Assembly: GCA_965226885.1 (NCBI GenBank) | Contig: CBDDEL010000005.1 | Location: 1 to 15,792, forward strand | Reading direction: 5' to 3' | DNA from: Opitutales bacterium | GTDB lineage: Bacteria > Verrucomicrobiota > Verrucomicrobiia > Opitutales > UBA2987 | Length of the DNA stretch: 15,792 nucleotides | In this document: in pieces, positions 7,784 to 15,792 of the stretch | How positions within the stretch are numbered: position 1 is the stretch's first letter | How the letters are laid out: each line of letters begins with the position of its first letter | Made by a program: the position numbers and the translations under genes | The notes under the pieces: generated by a model | Database searches by the model: none | Told to the model about the DNA's origin: nothing | The model's input: the letters and a program-made list of their open reading frames with translations, nothing else

Positions 7784-8965
7784 TTAACACGCCCTAATTA
7801 TCCCTTCCAGCAAAACCAGCGGTTCGTCGCCAACCGGTTTGATGTTGGCATCCATGAAGGCAGGAACGCCGACATGGTCCTTTTCTTCCAATTGGGCGTT
7901 GACCGGCCCAATCTGAATCTCCGCCTTCCCTTTTACGACGGAGTAAATTTTGTAGTTATCGCCGTCCAGAGAAGCTCCCCCGGTTCCGACTTTGAGGATG
8001 GAAAGCTCCAGGGCGCCCACTTCTCCCGATGCTGTGGCGGAAGCGGGGATGACCACTTCCCGATGGGGTCCAGAAAGACCGGCCACTCTTTCGATTACCC
8101 GCTCAATATAAACACTGTGGTTCATTTCTGAAGATTCGAGGGGGGCAGACTGCAAATTATCGGTATCCTTTTCCCGAGGTTCGACGTCGAAAAACACACC
8201 CCAGCCGCTCAGCGTGAGGGAACCGAAAATGAAGGGCACCCAGTGCTCTTTTTCATCCAGGTTGTCGAGACCGTGATCGACCATAATGGGAATGGGCATG
8301 GCGTAGCCCTCCCGGATTTCGGTGGCGCAGTCGCCCAGAAACGTCCGTCCATGCATGGGGGACCAGCCCAGGTGAATCTCAACCCCGGCGTGGTGCCGAT
8401 GCGATGTGGCACCGATCAGCGGGCCCGGAAGCTGGGTCGTATTCCATGAATGATGGTCGCCGTAAACAAGCGGCACAATGGTGATGCCGAGGTTTGGAAC
8501 GACGAAACTGCCCTGTTCAGGAAGGCGGTCATCCCTGGCCGTGAAGATGCCGCTACCGCTGGTTATCCGCTCCATGTTTTGCCGGACTGCATTGAGAATG
8601 CGCTCTTTCTCTTCCGACGGCTCATGACGGCAATTGGCTTCCAGCGAATCCAGGGTTCGTTTAACCTTCTGATCGTAAAAATAGAGGGTGTGGAGCAAGG
8701 CCCGAAAGTCCTTAGGCACTGGAATAGTAGCCTGGGCTTCCAACTCGTTCAGCAAGGCTGTGGCCTTAGATGGGACACCGCCATTTTTGGTCAAATTTTC
8801 CAAATTTTGACGGCAGGCGTAAAAAGCGCCGATGGTTTGGGTGCGAAACCCGTAAGCATACAACCGGGCCAGGGCGATGTCCTCATCAGTGATATGAAAG
8901 ACGCTGCGACGGTTTTGATGGCTCCATTCCGCTTTTTCGATTAATTGCCGGTAAGACTCATTCAT
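7784..8965 (-). CDS. Cupin-domain protein (helical N-terminus, metal-binding cupin, degenerate second cupin), 393 aa
   Basis: Motif 1 GATSHRHHAGVEIHLG; motif 2 GYAMPIPIMVDHGLDN; C-terminal YSVVKGKAEIQIG...VGVPA. ATG 8965 overlaps the stop of the upstream SDR gene. Confidence 0.8.
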   Translation of the reverse strand: MNESYRQLIEKAEWSHQNRRSVFHITDEDIALARLYAYGFRTQTIGAFYACRQNLENLTKNGGVPSKATALLNELEAQATIPVPKDFRALLHTLYFYDQKVKRTLDSLEANCRHEPSEEKERILNAVRQNMERITSGSGIFTARDDRLPEQGSFVVPNLGITIVPLVYGDHHSWNTTQLPGPLIGATSHRHHAGVEIHLGWSPMHGRTFLGDCATEIREGYAMPIPIMVDHGLDNLDEKEHWVPFIFGSLTLSGWGVFFDVEPREKDTDNLQSAPLESSEMNHSVYIERVIERVAGLSGPHREVVIPASATASGEVGALELSILKVGTGGASLDGDNYKIYSVVKGKAEIQIGPVNAQLEEKDHVGVPAFMDANIKPVGDEPLVLLEGIIRAC

Positions 8966-9911
8966 CGGACGATTCCTTTTGTTTTTGCAGAGTGGCAATG
9001 ACCTCGTCGGCCATACGCTCAAGGTCATAGGTTTCCTGCCAGCCCCAATCTTCCCGCGCGTGGCGGTCGTCGAGAGAATGCGGCCAACTGTCCACCATGG
9101 CGGTTTGCACCGGTTCGGGTTTGTAGGTTATTTTGACATGGGGTAGGCGGGCTTTGACGACTGCCTCGAGTTCCCCTGGAGTTACCCCGCGGGCGTGAAT
9201 ATTGTAGGAGCGCCGGGTCAAATTTTTCTCCGGGGCGTCATGGATAAGGAGGAAAGATTTGATGGCGTCGGCGATGTAAACGATGGGGATGCTGGAATCG
9301 GGCCGGAGATAAAATTCGTAGGCGCCTTTTTCAACCGCTTCCAGAAATACCTCCGAGGTAAAACGCCCGGCCCCTCCAAGCATTCCACGCGGAGCCACCA
9401 CCGAGGGAAATCGAATGGCCCTAAAATCGAGCCCGAAACGGTGGTGATAATAAACACCCAGCAATTCTCCCGCCACCTTGGTCACTCCGTAAAGACTTTG
9501 CGGCCACATGGGGGAATCGATCTCCAGAGGGGAGGGCAGGCCCGCTCCGTAGGTGGCCAGGGTGCTGGAAAAAATAAATTTTTTCACCTCGCCCAGACGA
9601 GCCGCCTCGAGCGCGTTGCGGATGCCCTCCATGTTGATAGTCCAGGCTTTGTCCGGCTGCTGTTCGGCCTGTGCGGAAAGGATGGCCCCGAGGTGAAAAA
9701 TGCTGTCGATTTTTTCCTCCTGAACCGTCTGCACAATGGATTCGCGGTCTGTCAGGTCCCCCCGGATAAAAGCGCACTGCTGAAATTCCGCCGAGGGGAT
9801 GAACGGCTTATCCTGCAAATCGAAGATAACAACCCGGTCGCCTCTTCGAATAAGTGGAATGAGAAGCCTGGAGCCAAGATTACCCGTTCCTCCGGCTAGT
9901 AATATATTCAT
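8958..9911 (-). CDS. Extended SDR / NAD-dependent epimerase-dehydratase, L-threonine 3-dehydrogenase-like
   Basis: ILLAGGTGNLG, FHLGAILSA, YGVTK (YxxxK), C-terminal VDSWPHSLDDRHAREDWGW typical of TDH-type SDRs. Confidence 0.9.
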   Translation of the reverse strand: MNILLAGGTGNLGSRLLIPLIRRGDRVVIFDLQDKPFIPSAEFQQCAFIRGDLTDRESIVQTVQEEKIDSIFHLGAILSAQAEQQPDKAWTINMEGIRNALEAARLGEVKKFIFSSTLATYGAGLPSPLEIDSPMWPQSLYGVTKVAGELLGVYYHHRFGLDFRAIRFPSVVAPRGMLGGAGRFTSEVFLEAVEKGAYEFYLRPDSSIPIVYIADAIKSFLLIHDAPEKNLTRRSYNIHARGVTPGELEAVVKARLPHVKITYKPEPVQTAMVDSWPHSLDDRHAREDWGWQETYDLERMADEVIATLQKQKESSDE

Positions 9912-10024
9912 GGTCTGAGATGGAGTTAAGTTATTAAAAATTTACGACTATGGATTACCTGCCGGCCGGCGCGCGCTTCTTTTATTTGCATATCCATAAA
10001 TCGTTCATCGGCTATTTCATTGTC

Positions 10025-10384
10025 TCAGCTAGGGTAGAGAATGTAAATGAGCGTCAAGGCCGCAATGGCCAATGCCGAGAGGATTCCCGTCCACAAAAAA
10101 CAGCCCTTGCGGGTATCGGCCAAAGTCGCCCGGCTTTCATAGGCCGGCATATCCAGTTGGCTGGTGAAGGCTTCTGAGGCTGGCGGCTTTTCTACTACCG
10201 AAGTGGTAGCGGCTTGGAGCGGCTCCGGCTGAACGGCAGTCATATCCTCCTCAACAACGGGCGTTGAACCGGAATCAGCAGGTTCCGTTTTCCCCTCGAT
10301 CTCTTCAATTCGGGAATTAACTAAATCGAGATGTTTTTCCAGGAGCGCCTTTTGCTCCAACAATTCTTGCAAGGTGAATTTCAC
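10025..10384 (-). CDS. Hypothetical protein with N-terminal coiled coil and C-terminal TM helix
   Basis: 119-aa ORF; acidic linker; KGCFLWTGILSALAIAALTLIYILY anchor. Confidence 0.75.
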   Translation of the reverse strand: MKFTLQELLEQKALLEKHLDLVNSRIEEIEGKTEPADSGSTPVVEEDMTAVQPEPLQAATTSVVEKPPASEAFTSQLDMPAYESRATLADTRKGCFLWTGILSALAIAALTLIYILYPS

Positions 10385-10478
10385 CGCCAGAAAGTTACTA
10401 AACGCCTTTGCGGGCGGTCAAGCGTTTGCTCTACAGTCGAATGTACGCGGTTTCAAGGGCTGGGGCAGGACCCGTTGA

Positions 10479-10727
10479 TTAATTGGCTGAATCTACGGAA
10501 ACCCGCCGGTGGGGACCATCCCAATTGACCTTGCCGTCGGTTAGGGCATACAAAGTGAAATCGCGACCCAGGCCGACATTACGACCGGGGTGGATTTTCG
10601 TGCCGCGCTGCCGCATGATGATATTGCCGGCGAGGACAAATTCACCACCGTATTTTTTAACGCCCAGCCGTTTGCTATTGCTGTCGCGGCCATTCTTGGA
10701 AGTGCTCTGTCCTTTTTTATGTGCCAT
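10479..10727 (-). CDS. rpmA: 50S ribosomal protein L27
   Basis: [28 protein letters not shown]...[15 protein letters not shown]; directly downstream of rplU. Confidence 0.98.
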   Translation of the reverse strand: MAHKKGQSTSKNGRDSNSKRLGVKKYGGEFVLAGNIIMRQRGTKIHPGRNVGLGRDFTLYALTDGKVNWDGPHRRVSVDSAN

Positions 10728-10777
10728 GATTCAAGTCCTCGGAAAGAAATTTGGATTATTTTGGGATAAGTGTAAGG

Positions 10778-11092
10778 TCAGGATTGAATGGATTCAATTT
10801 TAATGACCGAAATTTCCTGGCGGTGCCCTCTTTTACGGCGATAGCCCTTGCGGCGTTTCTTTTTGAAAACCACGACCTTCTTGGCGCGCTTGTTTTCCAA
10901 TATGGTGGCGGTTACAGAGGCGCCTTCCACCAATGGATGGCCGAAGGACGCATCGTCCCCTTCGCCAAGCATGAGAACTTCGCCAATGGTAACAGTGTCA
11001 CCGGTTGATGTGTCCGCATAGCGGTTGACCTGGAGGATATCTCCCTCCTGCACGGTAAATTGCCGGCCTTGGGTTTTGATGGTGGCTTTCAT
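10778..11092 (-). CDS. rplU: 50S ribosomal protein L21
   Basis: [14 protein letters not shown]...[20 protein letters not shown]. Confidence 0.98.
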   Translation of the reverse strand: MKATIKTQGRQFTVQEGDILQVNRYADTSTGDTVTIGEVLMLGEGDDASFGHPLVEGASVTATILENKRAKKVVVFKKKRRKGYRRKRGHRQEISVIKIESIQS

Positions 11093-11201
11093 GATGAAAA
11101 AGCGGGTAGATATGAACTGGTTGCAGAAAAATGCAAGCCCTTTCAGTGATAATTGTTGCCTTTATTATTCGACTCTAGCAAAGCAATTGCACCATTTTGC
11201 T

Positions 11202-11939
11202 TTGAAACCGGAAGAGGTCAAACATTTCTACAGCCAGCCAGGGGTGGTGCGGCAATATAGCGAGGCCACATCCCGAGTCGGTCTGTGGCTTTCCGAATCG
11301 ATCATTTTTCAGCGTTTTCTCAAGAAAGAGGGCGCACTATTGGAGATTGGGGCCGGAGCCGGCAGAATTGCTCTGGGCCTCTCTAAAATCGGTTTCCAAA
11401 ATATTATCGGAATCGATTTTTCGCGTCCCATGGTGCGGGAAGCCCGCCTTAATGCCCGGCATTTGCAATGTCCCGTCGATTTTAGATTGGGGGATGCCCT
11501 CGACCTCGATTTCGACGAAGGTCGATTCGATGGAATCATTTTCGGATTCAATGGCTTGATGCAAATTCCCAAAAAAGAAAACCGGGCCATAGCCTTGGCC
11601 GAGATCTGCCGGGTGCTGCGTCCGGGCGGATGGTTTATCTTTACCACCCACGACAGGCATTTGCGCAGGTTCAAGAAATTTTGGAAAAAAGAAAAAGCTC
11701 TATGGCGCGATGGTTACCAAAAGGAGCAATTGAATGATTTTGGGGATCGTTTTGAAGATACGCCCCTGGGCGGTCTTTTTATTCATGTGCCCATCACCGA
11801 GGAAATGCGAGATGCGCTCAAACTGGCCGGATTCCGCATTGAGGCCGATATGGCGCGCTCCAGTCTGGCCAATGAGCCATTCGAAGTACGCGGATTTTCC
11901 GATGAATGCCGCTTCTGGATCGCCCAAAAACCGCTTTAG
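11202..11939 (+). CDS. Class I SAM-dependent methyltransferase (start uncertain, TTG 11202 chosen)
   Basis: LLEIGAGAGR, IGIDFS, GDALDLDFDEGRFD, EICRVLRPGGWFIF; the listed 11025 start would overlap rplU. Confidence 0.88.
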   Translation: MKPEEVKHFYSQPGVVRQYSEATSRVGLWLSESIIFQRFLKKEGALLEIGAGAGRIALGLSKIGFQNIIGIDFSRPMVREARLNARHLQCPVDFRLGDALDLDFDEGRFDGIIFGFNGLMQIPKKENRAIALAEICRVLRPGGWFIFTTHDRHLRRFKKFWKKEKALWRDGYQKEQLNDFGDRFEDTPLGGLFIHVPITEEMRDALKLAGFRIEADMARSSLANEPFEVRGFSDECRFWIAQKPL

Positions 11940-11943
11940 CGAC

Positions 11944-12873
11944 TCAATCCAGCAGATGCGCCCGGATCAGTGCCTGGCGAATGCTTTCCCGCTCTGCCTC
12001 AGGGATGCGTTGCAGGGGCGGGCGCACGACCGCTTTATCGATTCTTCCGAGCAGAACCAAGGCCTCTTTCATCCGGTTGTGCATATCGACAAATGGCGGC
12101 GCGTAAAAAGCACGCACAAGCGGCTCAAGCTGGTCGTTGTACTCCCTGGCGGCATCTATATCCCCATCCTGAACGGCCGCAAACATTTGGGCGTGGAGGT
12201 CTGCCGTCACGCTGCCCATGCCGGAGATGGAGCCGTCTGCCCCCAGGACGTAAGTGGAAAAAAGCGACATGGTAAAACTGCTCAACATGGCGACCGGCCG
12301 CCCTGTCGCTCTCAACGCACGCAGGTTTTGCTCGAAGGAAACGATGTCGTTGCTCCAATCCTTAACCCCGGCGACATTTTCAATTTGGGCCAGCCGGGCC
12401 AGGGTTTCCGGCTTGTAACCGATGCCGGAGACTGGCGGATACTCAAAAACGATGAGGGGCAGGGAAGTGGCCTCGGCTATGGTTTCAAAATGGACAATCA
12501 CCATTTCCGGCCGCAACTGGGCGCCCCACATAAAGAGGGTGGGGGGAAAAATAAGAAGTCCCGAAGCTCCCTCCTTTTCCGCTTCCCGCGCCATTGCGGC
12601 TGCCTCCAGGGTGTTGTCCGAATAAATGCCCGAAATGATTTCCACCCGGTCGCCCACTTCTTCCAGCGCGATGGCCAGAGCCCTTTGGCGCTCGTCTAGC
12701 GTGAGTGAGGAGACTTCGCTGGCGTGGCCGTTGCAAATGATGGCCGGGACCCCTTTAACATCAGCCAGCCACGACAAATGCCGCCGGTAATTGGGCACAT
12801 CGAAGGAATAATCCTCATTAAAGGGTAGCAGGTTTGCCGGCATGGCCCCGGAAAATTTAAAGCGATCTGACAT
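11944..12873 (-). CDS. DapA/NanA-family class I aldolase/lyase (probably not a true DapA)
   Basis: NGHASEVSSLTLDER (GxxGE site), LPLIVFEYP, Schiff-base lysine in VAGVKDWS, GADGSISG. Confidence 0.9.
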   Translation of the reverse strand: MSDRFKFSGAMPANLLPFNEDYSFDVPNYRRHLSWLADVKGVPAIICNGHASEVSSLTLDERQRALAIALEEVGDRVEIISGIYSDNTLEAAAMAREAEKEGASGLLIFPPTLFMWGAQLRPEMVIVHFETIAEATSLPLIVFEYPPVSGIGYKPETLARLAQIENVAGVKDWSNDIVSFEQNLRALRATGRPVAMLSSFTMSLFSTYVLGADGSISGMGSVTADLHAQMFAAVQDGDIDAAREYNDQLEPLVRAFYAPPFVDMHNRMKEALVLLGRIDKAVVRPPLQRIPEAERESIRQALIRAHLLD

Positions 12874-12916
12874 TATGCATTTATTAGCAGTCGGAATTAT
12901 CGTGGTAAAGCCTTTA

Positions 12917-14431
12917 TCAGCCTTCCTTCCCGCTGAGGACCAAACCGGCGATCCTGCCGCTGGTCATGGCCCAGGCGATATGAAGGCCGTGGCCGAACAA
13001 AACCTGCCCGCCCAGTCCATTGCATCCAACCGCGTAAAGTCCTGAGATGGGTTGGCCTTTTTCATCCAGAGCTTGCATGGATTCATTGATGGCCGCCCCT
13101 CCTTCCGTGATGGTAAAATAAGCCTTGGCGGGCCCCAGTAAAACCCATTTTCCGCCCTCCAGGGGAAGTTTGTCGCCCTCCCTCCCCCAGGGGTCAGCGA
13201 TTTTTCCGCCCGCATAGCGGTTGAATTCCTCAACCGTTTTCCGTAAAACGGCGGGATCGAAACCACGGCGCTCGGCAACATTGTCCAGGCTGCGACCCTC
13301 GAAGCTTACACCCGGCCGCAGTTTGAGGTAATCTTTCACATAGGCGTAAGCGATTTCCGGGGCGGTGGAGATGAAATGGGGCCATTGGGAATAAAGATTT
13401 ACGAGCCGCTCATCCAACAGCAGGTAGGCGATTTTTTCCGGCTGGGCGGCGAGGGCCAATTCCCGCTGCGGGAAAACTTTCTCATTGCAGAATCGTTCCC
13501 CGCGCTTGTTGAGAAGAATCGTGCCGTCGGTGAAAAGCTTTTCATCGGGGTGTTGCCAGGTCACCAGCAGTCGCTTGATGTATTGAGCGATTAGCCATTT
13601 AGGGGCTAGGGGCAGCAGCCGTCCGAGAATTTTTGAGATACCCCTGCCCGCTGGAATGACCTCCGTAAACGGATTTTTGGGAGGAGGAATAAAACGAATC
13701 TCGGGGCCCCATGTCATGCCCATGTTGAGGAGCTTCCCGCCCGCTTTTTCCACCAGGCGCTGACCGTCGCCCCCGGCATGAGGATTGATGCCCTCGATGC
13801 GGGTGTATTGGGCTCCTTTGTATTTGGCGATGAGGTCGGGCGCGCTGGCGTAATCGCCCGCTGCCAGGACGACGCCTTGGCTGGCCCTGAACCGCACTCG
13901 CTTCGACTCATGGACGGCTTCCACTATCCTGATTATACCCTCTTCTCTGTCTAATCCTTTAACCGAGCAACTGCACAAAATGGTTCCCGATAATCGGAGA
14001 AAACGACTCTGCAGAACGGCAATGTAGCTTTTTGCGTTGGGCACAACATTGTGCATGCGGGCTACCCGGTTGGGTGGTTCCGGGCTAGGACCGTAAAAAC
14101 TGAGGCCCATCTCCCGCAGCCATTCGTAGGTTTCCGCCGTCCGCGATAAAAAATAGCGGCGCAGGGGCTCGTTATTGGCTGCCTCGTATTCAGGACGGGC
14201 AAATTTAGCCACGTCCTCGGCATGAGCCTCCAGGCTGTCATCAATGCCCATTTCTGTTTGTAAGGAGGTTCGGTTGGCGGTCAGCGAACCAACCGCAATA
14301 CCGGTTGTGCCGCCTAAAAAAGGCTGTTTCTCCAGCAAGAGCGTTTTCAGGCCGTTTTCCGCCGAACTGACCGCGGCGGCCAATCCACTGCCGCCTCCAC
14401 CGACTACGATTGCCTCAAAATTGGTCTCCAT
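12917..14431 (-). CDS. FAD-dependent oxidoreductase, FAD_binding_2 superfamily (fumarate reductase / KstD / TcuA-like)
   Basis: IVVGGGGSGLAAA, LLEK..LGGTT, VVLAAGDY, GDGQ, LLNKRGERFCNE, TEGG, ISGLYAVG, AMTSGRIAG. Confidence 0.9.
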   Translation of the reverse strand: METNFEAIVVGGGGSGLAAAVSSAENGLKTLLLEKQPFLGGTTGIAVGSLTANRTSLQTEMGIDDSLEAHAEDVAKFARPEYEAANNEPLRRYFLSRTAETYEWLREMGLSFYGPSPEPPNRVARMHNVVPNAKSYIAVLQSRFLRLSGTILCSCSVKGLDREEGIIRIVEAVHESKRVRFRASQGVVLAAGDYASAPDLIAKYKGAQYTRIEGINPHAGGDGQRLVEKAGGKLLNMGMTWGPEIRFIPPPKNPFTEVIPAGRGISKILGRLLPLAPKWLIAQYIKRLLVTWQHPDEKLFTDGTILLNKRGERFCNEKVFPQRELALAAQPEKIAYLLLDERLVNLYSQWPHFISTAPEIAYAYVKDYLKLRPGVSFEGRSLDNVAERRGFDPAVLRKTVEEFNRYAGGKIADPWGREGDKLPLEGGKWVLLGPAKAYFTITEGGAAINESMQALDEKGQPISGLYAVGCNGLGGQVLFGHGLHIAWAMTSGRIAGLVLSGKEG

Positions 14432-14536
14432 TGTCCGCGGCAGGAAGCGTTATTTTCCGAAACGCCGATATCGGTTGTTGAAAATGATTTATCCAGTCCG
14501 GCGGCCAAACCGGAGGAAAAAGTTCTTCGCTCAGCC

Positions 14537-15235
14537 TCAACCCTCTTTGTGAACCAGACCGAGGGCTTCCAGTAAATCGGCAATCAGGTCGAGCAAATCC
14601 TTGGTTTCCCCCGCCGTGCGCCCTTCTTTGATAATGGCGCTGGCCGTTCGACTCTGCCGGGTCAGGGCAGCCTGGTATTTCAACTGCAATTCGGCCTGTT
14701 GCTGGGCCAGCATGGCCAGGTTGCTCTCCTTGGCCTTCAATTCCTGTTTGACGCGCTCCAGTTCCGCCAAAACTTCCGGATCCTCTTCGGATTGGGCGCG
14801 GGCTTCCGAGAGGGCCAGCAATTGTTTCTGCGATTCTTTTTGCGCCGCCTCAAGAGCTTTTACTTTTTCCGCCACCTCCAACATGGCCTTTTCGGCCTTT
14901 CGGCGTATCTCAGCTTCCTGCATGAGGCGGTCCCTCAGTTCAGCGATTCGTATTCGCCGTTCCTCCTCCGCATTTTGGGCTCTCAACTCCGCCATTTTGG
15001 CAGCTTCCTCCGCTTGTAAGCGACCCTCCACCTCCTGTTTGGCGATACGTTCCGCCAGGTCTTTCAGCTCGGCGTTCTGGTTTGTGGCGTCCTCCAGTTT
15101 TCGCTCCCATTCCTGTGACAGCGCCTGTTCCTCGGCCAATTTCTCCCCATGCTGGTCTGCCTGTTTTTGGTAAACCACCCACGCGGCCCCAGCCACAACA
15201 AATACGATAACGATGAAAATAATATTTTTTGCCAT
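14537..15235 (-). CDS. Membrane-anchored coiled-coil protein, function unknown
   Basis: N-terminal TM (IIFIVIVFVVAGAAWVVY), then ~200 aa rich in E/Q/A/K/L heptads. Confidence 0.8.
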   Translation of the reverse strand: MAKNIIFIVIVFVVAGAAWVVYQKQADQHGEKLAEEQALSQEWERKLEDATNQNAELKDLAERIAKQEVEGRLQAEEAAKMAELRAQNAEEERRIRIAELRDRLMQEAEIRRKAEKAMLEVAEKVKALEAAQKESQKQLLALSEARAQSEEDPEVLAELERVKQELKAKESNLAMLAQQQAELQLKYQAALTRQSRTASAIIKEGRTAGETKDLLDLIADLLEALGLVHKEG

Positions 15236-15667
15236 TAATTTACCCTTCCTTTGGATAATACACCAATTTCACTAAAAATAAAGCCTTTACTGTTCCCTCC
15301 GTCCAGAAATATTTCAAAATAGCCCAATACCAAATTTTTCAATATTCCGCCAGGTTCAGTATTTCGGTTCCGGGTCGGTTTGTGTTCAGAGATCACATCT
15401 TCAGTCCGTTTTCGCAGTCAATACTTCAATGACCTTGTGCCCTTCACCAGTGGATTTGGGTAAGACCGAATGGAATTTCTTTTTTACCCAAGTATCTTGC
15501 AGCTTCCGATCACCGACCGACGACGAATCGACGAAACTATCAATTTTGTTTCTAAGAAGTTTCTAGAGGACGGAATTCCCTTGCCCTTTTCGATTCGTGC
15601 TTGAAAATATTACGCTCAACAATTCGCTCCTCACAATTCTGGCTAACGTCTTCGTGTGAGAGCTTAT

Positions 15668-15792
15668 ATGATGGATAATAACACCGGTTTAGACTGTCTT
15701 CTTAGCCCGCAATCGATTGCGGTTATAGGCGCTTCAAAACGCCCTCAAAGTCCCGGCAACGTGGCCATCGGCAACCTGCTTGAGGAGGGATA
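15668..15792 (+). CDS. 5' fragment of an NDP-forming acyl-CoA synthetase / Pat-like acetyltransferase (CoA-binding domain); runs off the window
   Basis: Manual translation MMDNNTGLDCLLSPQSIAVIGASKRPQSPGNVAIGNLLEEG fits the PxSIAVIGAS CoA-binding start. Confidence 0.8.
   Translation, partial: MMDNNTGLDCLLSPQSIAVIGASKRPQSPGNVAIGNLLEEG

Noticed and set aside
10728..11200. Prp protease gene or L21 leader RNA
   Set aside because: Only 50 nt separate rplU and rpmA, L27 has no N-terminal extension, and I see no convincing leader structure.
6689..15182. Long overlapping ORFs such as 9195..9899, 11734..12699 and 14601..15173
   Set aside because: They lie antisense to well-supported genes in GC-rich DNA.
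15236..15667. Small gene or ncRNA in the divergent intergenic region
   Set aside because: The ~50-codon open stretch on the minus strand lacks a start codon, and I found no convincing structure.

Overview
The window has two parts. Positions 1-6300 are an insertion-sequence pile-up: the tip of one IS1380-family element, two full IS1380 copies (1497-3066, 4311-5894) and two IS1-family copies (98-899, 3311-4112). Removing the IS and joining matching target-site duplications rebuilds two host genes that the ORF track misses. One is a ~308-aa protein with a C-x10-C-x12-C-x2-H motif and a TM helix, split by 4.4 kb; the other is a Trp-rich, probably secreted protein. The 4-bp flanks of the IS1380 copies do not match within a copy but match between copies, so the two intervening segments appear to have swapped order (real recombination or misassembly). 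The IS1 needs a +1 rather than the canonical -1 frameshift, and the IS1380 3' UTR has pseudoknot-forming potential. Positions 6700-15792 are ordinary chromosome: a Gfo/Idh/MocA oxidoreductase, an SDR-cupin pair, rplU-rpmA, a SAM methyltransferase, an FAD oxidoreductase with a DapA-like aldolase, a coiled-coil membrane protein and the start of an acyl-CoA synthetase/Pat-like gene. The host is bacterial, tentatively Verrucomicrobiota (Opitutales-like), judged only from my impression of L21/L27 and the Trp-rich domain.
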